From: Owenia fusiformis
Lineage: Eukaryota
Reading direction: 5' to 3'
Length of the DNA stretch: 64,000 nt
Assembly (NCBI GenBank): GCA_903813345.2
Contig: CAIIXF020000001.1
Coordinates: forward strand, 16,244,001-16,308,000
Part shown: piece by piece, positions 27,501 through 39,500 of the stretch
Numbering within the stretch: position 1 is the first letter of the stretch
Layout: each line of letters begins with the position of its first letter
Made by a program: the position numbers and the translations under genes
The notes under the pieces: generated by a model
The model's database searches: none
The model's input: only the letters and a program-made list of their open reading frames with translations
Told to the model about the DNA's origin: nothing

Positions 27501-30500
27501 ATCCTGTACCTCGCATTGGCAAAGGTAACATTTGATATCATCCATTTGATGTCGACTTTGTCATGCAAAAAAACTAACAATGGTCCATTATATGATTAGA
27601 GAGGTATTCAGGTATGGAGGTTTCACTGTACATTATAACATTGGTGCTATTATTTGGTACAACTTTGCATATATCTCTCTATGTAAATGTCAATTTAGAT
27701 GAGTATGGATTGAAAAGTGGAAGTGTTTGTCTCTCCAAAACAAGTATGTGTGTCAAATTAATTAGTGAGGCTTTATTTAAAGAATATTAAATATATATAT
27801 ATTAAAAAATATTCTAATGTTAAGGTGCTATTGTAGACAATAACTATTTATGGTTTAGATAGTGGAAATATAGAAATTAGTAGTTCCCTCCAGTTTAGAG
27901 TATATATCAGAGCTAATATCCATATTTTTTAAAACAATGTACTTTCACCCATAGCAACATATAGTTACACAATTTTTCTGCTTAGAATACCCATTGTCTC
28001 AGCTCAGAAGTGAGTCATTATTTATTCATGTTGTATTGTATTGTATTTATGTCATTCTGTTTTAGGTGAAATTGCTCCAGTGGGTCCCACATCTTATGAA
28101 TTTATGATACCTGACGGTGCACCCCTCACTATTTCCCCCTCCGTGGGGACCATTGAGCCCGGACAGGTATGGAGAAATTACTTTTTCTAACAATAATCTT
28201 TTAACTTTCATATTTAATAACTTATATATCATTTACACTGTCATGTTTTTCATTCTGTGATTGGATAATAATAGGTCACATGACAAAAATTGTATAATTT
28301 AATTGGACTAAGTCCTGAATATCATTTGATATTCAACGGAATCTTATTTCTGATACACATGTACATTTATATATATTTCATAGAAACATCGCATCCAGAT
28401 AAGGTTCTCGCCAAAGCTACAAAAAGGGGATATCAAGAAAGAGACTGTGCGAATGCAAACAAAGGCGGCAGAGAACCAGGCACGTAAGGAATACGACCTT
28501 CAGATGAAGAGAGAGAAGGCTGCAGCTGCCGAGGCCAACAATGCTGTGAGTAAACATAAAATAACAGTCAAAAATGATTTTGATCATCTTAAATCACTGT
28601 GTCTCATTAGTTTAGTTTACTATATACTTTAGTTAGTGATGCACTCTCGTGAAAACATTCAGTCTATAGTGAATGGCTACTATTGGAAGCATTGTATTAA
28701 ACTGTAATTTTCTCATGCACTTTGGCTCCTTCTTGTTCATGTTATGTTAGTACTTGACACATGTAAAAATGTTATGTGTATCTTGAACAGACATGTTTCC
28801 CTTTATATTTTTGTTCAAGATTGATATTTTGCAATTTGATGTTCTGTTTGCAGCTCAATCATTTAGTTATGCTTTGTTATTTTTTGGAAATATTATTCTG
28901 AGTTCATCATTATTTAAAAAGTTCTTGTTCTTTTGTTTAGACTGAGTCTGCAAAAGGCGGTGTAAGTGATTGTGATTTAGTTATGAAATAACTTATATTA
29001 CTTGTTGCTTGTGTTCATGTTTCTGCAGTGTAACACACCTGTATATTCGGGACACATTATTGCCATTGTTAAGTGTTCAATTTGTTCTTTAATCCGTCCA
29101 GAGTTTTACTGTTTTATTGTTATTTGCAATTTTTGTGTTTTATTTTATGTCATGTCATATAATGTGTCATGTCATGTACTATGTCATGCATTGTTATGTC
29201 ATGAACTAAAACTGCACATCTTGAATCTTTTGCAAAGCAATATTAATTATTATTAAATGCTTATTATTTTATTCAGCCTGAGACTGTCAGTGTTTTTGTA
29301 AGTGATATAGTGATTCTACTTAAGGCATAATTAATAACACAAAACCGCATAAATTGTTAAGATTTTTCTCACACCATGTTAACAGTCTAACAATATTTGT
29401 GTTTCCCATGCCTATTCTTAACAAATCTAGAAAAATCTTGTGGCAACAGTAACTGGGACTATGTTTCTTAAATGACAATGACATTGAATGACCTCAATAT
29501 ACTGAAAGTTAACATTTTGAGATGTGATTGCATCAGTATAAACAGCGAAAACCTTTAAATGATCTCTTAATTTTCTATGGTTAGAATTTTAACTAATCAT
29601 GAAATATTTGACATTTTACATTACTAGTGAGTTTCTTTATTTAATGTTTGATTGGGTAATTTGACCTCTCTGGTGGTGTATCATTGCATTCATTTGACAT
29701 TCTAAACATACAGGGTAGGCCATAGAAATATCAATTATTAGAGGCCTGGTATTTTACCTAAATGTTGCTTATAAGTCAATTATCAAACTTAAGCCATAAA
29801 TAAGTTCAATGAAATATATAGTTTCTACTTCTTCTACTGGCATTTGCCTTACTGCTGAATGTACTATGATTTATTTGATACTAGTATCAGGTATAATGGC
29901 ATATTCATTTTTCAAGAACTTTCTCAGAAAATACAACTTTAGGTCTTTTGAGAAAAGTGATTGTACTTACTTATGAGACACTCACTTAAAAAGTAGCAGG
30001 CATCTCATATTGATAGTTATGGCTCGTCCACCTTGTATGTACATGTATATGACAATTAGAACACAATTAAAGTGAGACAGTTGCACATCCATTTATATTA
30101 TAATTTGACACCACGTAGAATAAGTGCCATTGTGTACTTGTGTAAAACGGTTTCAGTTAATAAATGGTAAGGGTAAGTGTAAGAGATACTACTTATATGT
30201 TACTTTTTTTGACTTGTCAGAAAAAAAGGAAAATGGTTTGTATATATCTTCCTTCATATCCCTTTATATTCTCACAGCATATAGTTTGTATCCTTCAAAT
30301 AATAGTCCAAGAATAGACCAAAAATAAAAAATATCATTTTATCCTTGCTCAGTTTTACACATATTGTTATCCCTCAAGGATAAATATGATATTCATCGAA
30401 TACAAGTATGTAGGATGGTTTACACACATCATTCCTGTAAAATATAGCTTGTAACAATTGATTATCGATGTTTCCTTGATTCACAGAATTCTACTTGGTG

Positions 30501-33500
30501 TTGTGTTTCAATTTCCATTTTTCCTTTCTCCCCCCCCCCCTTCCCATTCTCCTCATTCCCCTTCACTTCCTGTTCTCCATTTTATAGTAATAGTCACAGG
30601 TTGCTAATTTCATTTATCCACTTACCCCTTTTGCTTCATTGTGATGGCCATTGATTTCACTGTTCCCTTCACCCCTATATCATACATGTAGCTGCTTGAC
30701 CCATTATCTTGTCTATTGAGTCAAGTATATGGGTTTTGTGAACCCACCATTCTACAAACATTGAATTAATAACAGAAATGATATGAATATATATATATAT
30801 ATGATATGATGTGAATATTTAAACTTAAAATAATCCTATAAAATGATTTAAGAACGATTTTATCAGTTTAACTGCATCCTCAGACTTTGAACTGCTTACC
30901 AAAGAGGAGGGTTCTTATATATGTATTAAATGTTGATTTGCAACGCAATGCTGGTGTATATGTTATTCCTCATTTACTACATTTTACATACATTAAATAC
31001 TATGTTGTGTTAACAGAAGGGAGGCAAGAAAGATGGTAAGAAGGACAAAGGGAAGGCATCTCCTGTAAAGACCCCCAAACAAGGAGTTGTGCATCGCAAT
31101 GAGAATGGGATGAACTTAGGTATGGCGGGACCCAAACCTGTCAGTGTGCAAGATGAGGAGGCCATTGATCCTAAGTAAGATAATATTTGTAGAATCAAAT
31201 ATTATTGTTACATGTATTGCTTTTTCTCCCAAATTTGCTATAGTGCTATATTGCATTTTCTGTTTTCATCATCTGTTGCTGTCTTCATTAAACACACTGA
31301 AAAGTTGAAACCAAAAGCACAGTTTTTCGATTTGAAGATATTTGTATGATTTCGCTGAAATGATCTCTTTCCATTCAGTTATTCAATCGTCATATATTTT
31401 CAGTTCTGATGGCTACGCTTCTGCTCATGGTTCTCTGCTACGCACATGGAAGCCTCATTTCAAGACTTTCGTCATACCTTGTTACGTGGCATCTGGTAAA
31501 TGTGCCAACCCTGGAGAGCTACCGTACAGGTAAGACATTATATTCACATTTGATATGGTTTATCATATTGAACACCCGTAAATATGCATGCAATTGATAT
31601 CCTGATTGAGACATCCTAAATGTGTGTACCATGAATTGAGGGTATTAATGTTTATAAACCTGAATATATATCAACAGGCTCTTAAATAAGCAGCTTCAAA
31701 AGTAATCATATTTCTGTTTCTTGTTGACTTCAGTGTAAGTTAGACCCAATCAAATTGGTTTAATTTTTTTCATATTAATAAAAAGTAATAAAATGTTTTA
31801 TATATTTGATGTTCATGTATGTCAATATTTCAGCGTACATGATACATTGTACCTGGAAGTCCATTGTCCTATAGTGAAGCCAGACTTGGTTGTGATATCT
31901 GACAGTGGACGCACAACTACAGATTATGGCTCAGTGTCTATAGGACAAACAGTGAACAAGTCAATCACAATACAGAACATCTCCAACAAAACACTTGATG
32001 TATCCTTTATTACATGTATTAGTATATCATGGCTAGAATCTCAGTATTCTGATTGGTTAATTGAGTACCACATGATCAAAATACCACAACGTATTTCACA
32101 CCTCCCTCAAATTTCACAGCATGTTTTACAACTCCCTCAATTTTTGAGTTGATAAATGATTTATTGCCCTATGTATTACAAGCTTATGCATTCTGATCAT
32201 AGGGATACCTAATAATGACATTGATAATAAAATAAGAATTTCATTCTATGTTTCTACTTTCAATGATTTTTGGAGTGATATCTTGTCCTTGCCCCAAATA
32301 ATATCTTTGGACCTTAACCATTCATTCAGTTGGCCTCGTCTGTCTTAAATACATCAGGACCATTCTTGATGTTGAACTCGTTGCGCATGCTTCCTCCTGA
32401 TGAGACTCACACAATCATCATTTCTTTTGTACCAACTTCTGGACAAACAGTAAGCAGGTTTTCATTAATTATCAGAATCTAATGTTACAGGTATGTTATC
32501 GATCAGAGCATCATACAGAACACCACTATACAGTAATTAAGGTTTGACTTTAAAATCATCATTTTTTCATATATGCTCTTTGTAATTTGAATGTTACTTT
32601 TACCTCATAACTCATATCTGTTACACGAGCTTTAACCAAAAGATGAGAGCTAATGGGATTGATTTTCGTCGTAAGTAAAAATGATCTTTTTGACATAATA
32701 ATTGATGATGATGATAATTGAGATAAAAGAGAATCACATAAATAGGCATCTATCTGAATTGATAAATGTAAACTGCCAGTCCTACAATTTATTTCTTATT
32801 GCAAATCTCCAGAAGCATGCATTAGACTGACATTTATTCCTTTTACTATACTCGTCAGTGTCTGGAACAGTTGTTACACTTTGGTATTGAAGCAGTGTTC
32901 ATAATGATGTGATTATTGTGAGCGCATATAGATATGCAAAAGGTTTATTGTTAACACATAAAAGCATGCAAAAAGTTTATAAAAATATATTTTTGCAATT
33001 TTTGTTACCATAGTCAGCAATGAATTTTGGGACTGAAACTTACATGTCATTATTAAAAAAATTGTTGATTACAGCAATGTTGATTTTCTGGGGGCTTCAA
33101 TGTCATACTTCACTATATGACAATTAAATGAACATTAAACGATAAGCTGTATAGTAGTATATTTATTTAACAGTACCTTACATAATAGTTTCCCTCATTT
33201 TTTTCCTCAAATGATTTGTATATTGGACCTCGTACATCAACATTTGCCGACATGTTTCATTATTTTTGCCTTCTTCTGTTAAGATGTATGCATTTACTCT
33301 ATTTGTCAAATACACTGCTTTATATTGTGGCTCCACATTTTTATCTCTTCCCTCCACTTCATCCTCAATGCAAACAGCTTCCATTTCATCTTGTAATACA
33401 TTGAATTCAGCAAGTTCTCTGTCCATCTTGTCTCTTCCAAATATGTCAATGATTTTCCAGAATGTTCGGTTGTAGTACTGATACATAAATTCATCACCTG

Positions 33501-36500
33501 AGTTGAGTTCTTTTATTATTTTATAGGCTCGGGGGTGAGTTTTGTCAACTTGATCCGTCTTTTTGTTTTGAACATTTTTACTAAAGTAGATTATGTCATG
33601 AAATGACCAGTTCATCAAATGCTTCAGCAGAATCAGGCTTTCTTTGAAGTACTCAGAGATCATAACCAAGTGAAATGTTCTGTCTATTTCATGTATTTTG
33701 TTGATAACTTCAACAATGTTTCTAGAATTATTGGGCTGCATACCAAGGTCAAACAGCTGTTTGTTCTGACATGCACGTGAGTAGTTGATGGCCCTGGTGT
33801 ACCTGTCTGGTTCCGAAAGGAATGCATCGATGTTTCCCGTGCCAAAACAACGTCTACTCCATGCTTGGTAATATTTAAATGCTGAAATAAAGCTATATGT
33901 TGGGTTCCGTATTAGTGTTACAGCCTTCACCTTGGGTTTTAAGACCTCGAAGACTTCATCACTGTGCCTTAAATGATGACATATAATGTCAAGACGTGAA
34001 GTGTTGTCCTTAAAGCGTCTTACGAATGACTTCTGAAAAGGCTTGGGATATCCAAGACTAGCAAGTCCATAATGCAAACCAAATGTTAAGTTTCTTGTGT
34101 CTCCATATCTCATAATTATTCCCTGTAAAGTAGTACTACCAGTCTTGTGTATCTTCAGAAAATAAATGCTATCCAATGGCTTCCTTTCTTGATAATGACC
34201 ATGCAATTTTAATCGCCACTTTTGTAGAATAGGACTCTCTTGTGACGGATTTTCAATTAAATGTCCATCCCTAAATGTGGCCAGGTTTGCAGAATATTCC
34301 TGCGATGAGAACATGGACTTCTTAAACATAGCTAACTGCACAATAAGTGTTAGCAGTAAGATAGCAAGTAAAACTTTAAAATATCTGTTAAGAATTGAGC
34401 AGCAATTTCTCATCTTGCTTTTTCCTGTTATTTCATTCATATATTATTCCCCCAAGAACTTACAATACTTATATTATCCAAGTGAAACAAATATTGATTT
34501 TAGTGTAAATTTTTATATTGTGAATTATTGCTCGAGTCAATCTGTGATGTGATGCGATGTTTGAAATCTGCATCCAACTTATAATCTGCATTATGTCTTG
34601 TAACAAACTGACCAATTATTCCATTGTTATTCATATCACATTCCCCACAGCTGCTGCAGTATTCTTCATTGTTATCATCGATGTGTTTCTCGATGGATAT
34701 ATTCAAGAAGACTCTCATTAATACGGATGCTGCATTTAGACATCCTTGACAATTTGAAAATGATAATCCTTTTGTATGTTGTAAAAATGATTAGCAAGAT
34801 ATGCAACTTTTGTGAAATGTGTGAGTTACTTTCGTGAGGTTGTCAGTTGGGAATGCAGTGAGTTTATACTGTTTTCGTTCACCAGCGTCAATACGTGCTT
34901 TGAAATGACCTCGAACCTCTGAACAATGTGCATGAAATGTTTGTAATGTTACACATGGATTACTTATTCCTTTGCCCAAGTGAGTCACTATTGCATACAT
35001 GAACTGATTTTCTGCACCATTTATATTGACAGGGTAGTTGAGAAATTGAAGTATTGTTTCGTTAAAGGGTGTATCTATGAAGAAGATATGTGTGTCGTGT
35101 GAACCTTTGTAAGGTGACAAACAGAAGTTTTTCAACTGACATGTCTCGTTACTGTTTGAGCCATGTCTCGTTAAAGAGTAGGCAATATTCTGCACTTTTA
35201 CGTATTCTGGTTTAATCATTTGAAATCCTTCTCCAAGTACGATATCAGCATTTATGACTGCTACAACTTTGTTCAGGAGAAATTTGTTGATGTACATAGC
35301 ATAATCTTTGTAAGAGCATTCTGGTGAGCCCAACTTCTGGAAACTTAATTTCTTCACATTAACATCATTTAGCATTTGTTTAATACTATCAATGGGTTCC
35401 TCAGTGGCAATCAGAATATGAATAGATTCTACACATGCATGTTGAAGGTTGGATCTTAAAGTATTGAGATATTCCAGTTGTCTTTGCCAAAGCCTTCCAG
35501 TGTTGTTGTGTGTCAGTGGTTGTGTTGGCAGTTGAGTGTTCCCAATCCATGGGAATGATATCAACAGGTTCAACATTGTTGGGCACACCGTCATTTGATT
35601 ATTGTTTGAATTGTAGCTGATGATGGTTTCTTTGTTATGACAGGTCTTAGTAATAACATATAATGATAATCCTGTCACGACAACTGGCATGGCAAGAGCC
35701 AGTTGTCTCTTTATTCCGCCGTGCATTCTATGCTTATCTACAAAATGAGATAAAGTATGTTAAGAATTATTATGACCACATATTTGGTGTAAAATGAAAA
35801 TAGAAATGATGTAAATGATTCAGTTCTATTTGCACACGTTTCAATGCATGTAAAAATAAATGTTTATAGCATTCTGCACTAGAAAATGTTTATTCCAACC
35901 AACAGCATTTTTATGTCACCACCAGAAATGGTGACATATTGTTAAAGTCTGCAGTTGGTGTAAACATAGGCTTTCAACTAGAAGAAGCCCCGGGTGTAAA
36001 GTTGTTGGTGTCAGCACCTGTAGCAAATGGCAGGTGGTCTCATTTTGCATCTTAATGCCTTGTTAGTTTTTAATTTAATTCAAAGTTAATCTGTCTGAAA
36101 TGTATACTTTAAAGGGTTCCGATTAGCATCCCGTATAAAAACAATATGGCGGCTCCAGGCGAATCAACTGGATCAGTCCATTTTTAAGAAATAAGGGGAG
36201 TTCTGTAAAATCCAGTTCATTGAAATTGTCTTTGAGATAAAGTAATCCGTTTATAATGATTTTGAAAACGTTATCCAAAGAGTGATTGCGTTCAAAGAAT
36301 ACATGTACAACAGCCAATATAAATCCTTGTATTAGAAACCAGTTTGTCTTGATATTTCATATGCCAAGCTGTGTGCTATTACGTTATGGGGAAATTTAGA
36401 TGCCAATTTTTCCTTATTATACACAAATAGAAGATCCTAAAACTTCACCCATAAATGTGGAATTGATTTGTCAAAATAAAAATCACCCTTTTATAAATGT

Positions 36501-39500
36501 GTGACGATCTATAATATACTTATGCTATATAACAGTTAGAGGTGTTGACACAACGACCTCGAACCTGTGAACCCTTGAGTATTATTCCGGGATCGGGCCT
36601 TTTATACTAAACGGTGAGCAACACCAGAAACGAGCGTTCGATTTGCTAAACGATATGCGTCACCCTTTAACTTATTGGGATTCATGCGCACAAGTTTTCA
36701 CTTTTATATAACTGACCCATGTTAAATGTACACTTTCAGTTCTATGAGGTGCTGGAGATCCAAGCCCCTGAGTCTACCTTGTTTATCACTCTTATGGGGA
36801 AGGGTATCAGTCCCATAGTGAATCTGTCGATCTCCAACAATGAATTGGACATGGGACACATCCTCGAGAAGGAGTACTGTGAACAGACATTCAAGGTAAA
36901 AATATTACATTTATGATTTTTCGATTTTGTTTATTAGTTACTGGCAACCAGGGGTATATTTCTGTTTTCTGAAAAATTTTCAATTGAAAAAGTAGATTGC
37001 CGCCATAATAATGAACAAAAGGTCTTCTTAGATCTTCTTAAAATAGTTGATTCATGGTAAGCAATTGATCATTATTTGTACCATCTGAATATTGCAGTAT
37101 TTTTCAACATTTTAATTGCTTGAATTTTATGTGTTTCATGTGCTTATTATTCAAAAGATTTGAATAGGCCAATAGTTAAATTATCATAATACTGTCGTTG
37201 GGCATGCAAATTATTCTGTAATGGCACAGTTAACCTTCCTCCAAGTTGTTGTCTACAAACATGTTTTTTTAATAGCGGAACTTATCCTATTTTCCTATTT
37301 TGGTATTGAAATTTTCAATAATGTGATACTCAGATTTTATGAATAGTCTAAACTAACATCTGTGAAGAAGATTTGAAATATTGGATATGAAACAGATTAG
37401 ATGTACAACAATTATAAATGCGTTTTTCAACCTGATTAAAACATCAGTTGAAAAAAGATCTGCATTGATTCCGGTTGAATTACACGTAATATCTAGAATA
37501 CCCTTGCGTGATTTGAGATCGGATTCATGGGTTTTTGACTAACTTGATATCATTATGGATTTATGGAAGCATTTGAAAATTGAGGCCCATTTTTCAGATA
37601 AGGTTATTTCTAAAAAATGAGGCCAGTATTTTTGGAAATGCTTGGGAATGGCAACTAATAGAGCGGGCATTGCTCCTAGGCTACCATTTCCCGGGACCAT
37701 TTCAAATCTGCCAGTAATTGGTAATAATTGTGAAGTAATTTCATTTCAGATTGAAAACACCTCCACGCTGTCAATAGAGTACTGTATAAAACTGGACAGT
37801 AATTCACTATTGCGGCATAGTCGAGCTCAAGCCCTCCCACAGTTTATTAAGGTCAAAGATAAGAAGAGTATGTCATTGGTTGGTACACAGAATAACAATG
37901 GTCAGAGTGTGTTCGACTGTGTACCTGCAAGTGGAACTATACCTGGGGGTAAGACATTCGATATCCCCAATAAATGCTTTTTTATTATCCCATCGAATGG
38001 AGGGATTTTGTAAAAATGGCATCTTGGATGGGATTTGCTATACATTGGCGTTACTGTTCTCTAGTAAATCATATGATATTTTTTCAATGCAAAGAATAAA
38101 TAGATTCACATAATGAAAATCATTTTGATCTAAACCAAGAATAGAGAAACGGCTGATCTTTAAATTTGACACCTAAAAACCATGTAGCACATTATTGAAT
38201 GTACATACATGTATACTCTCCAGGTGGGAAAACCGAGATTGTAGTAACATTTGCACCTGACCACTCCAGTGAACACTACTCTGATGGTGCACGAATAGAA
38301 CTATTTCAACAGGTACGATTTCTCTCATATTTCTCTCTTATCTTTGGTTACCTGGAAAACCGGCCCTTATAAACCTAATAATTCCCTGAAAAAGTTTTTT
38401 ACACCTGTTATTGCATTGGACAGATTTCAGATCTCCAAATGTTTGAGATAAAACTTTTTTTAAATTATAATAACCAATACTACCCTATGAGGCTTCTCTG
38501 TCCTATGGAATGGATGTAATATCTTGCAAATAATTACACAGTTTTTACATCATTAAAAGGGAGAGAAGTTGATAGCTGAGCTTTATGTTTATAAAAATGC
38601 AGATTTTATTTTTATGTATTGTTTGTTATATAGGAAGAAGCCCATGTATTCCAAATTAAGGGTGTTGCAAAACCTCATATAATGTATGTCACTGGTGGGG
38701 ACCCTCTTACACCTGATATAGAATCTCTAGCTGTATTACCAGTTACAGACCATGATGATGAAGGTAGGTAGTATCTCTATTATAGCCAAGTTCTACACTC
38801 TTCTCGTACAATTTGGAATTCCAGAGAATAGTGACAAAATTGTAAGCAAGAATATTTCCAATTATAATCAATCAATCATAATTATAGCAAGACTGATGCA
38901 GTATTTAGGATGCAGAAAAAATGTAAATTTTTCAAATAATAATGTGTATAACCACGCATTATTTGTATTTGAGTAAAGTTGTTGTCACATTAGATGTATG
39001 TTCACCACATTGTGCAATGTGGCTAATTTTGGGAATAGATTTTTTAATTAATAAATTTTATTTTTTGTGTGATTTTGGCTATCTTGCTGCAAAACCGTTT
39101 GTTTTGCCCATCGTGTATCCATGCCATTCCCTGTTCTCTACTCGAAAGTATTCACACAGTGGCAAATGGTGAGCCCACACAGCCTAAGTGTGCCAACGCC
39201 ATAAAGGAAGTGTTGGACCATTGCCATTGACTTCTTAATGTGCTACCATTACCCTTATCTCATATTAGGATTATTGTATCATTTTTCATGATTGCAGATT
39301 CAAAAGTGATGCCCCAGTGTGTGCTGGTTAATGTATTCAGCATTTCCCGCGATCAAGCCTTTGAACCCGGAGAGGCTGAGTTCTTAATTGGTTGCGTTAG
39401 AACAATGGCTGTCAGCCAGAAAAAGGTCAGAACTATGAATTGTCTTATCATAAAATTTCTGTATTCAATGACCAATATTCCTTTTTACCATTGTAGTTTT

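Noticed and set aside
30157-30172. 16-nt microexon candidate (TTTCAG|...|GTAAGT)
   Set aside because: Would shift the frame, and the gap to the next candidate acceptor is only 48 nt; not supportable without RNA data.
33178-35726. Nested ORFs as bacterial contamination or a single fused protein
   Set aside because: They sit between in-phase CFAP74 exons, have a eukaryotic splice acceptor, poly(A) signal and signal anchors; the two ORFs are in different frames with an in-frame TAA two codons before the sulfotransferase ATG.
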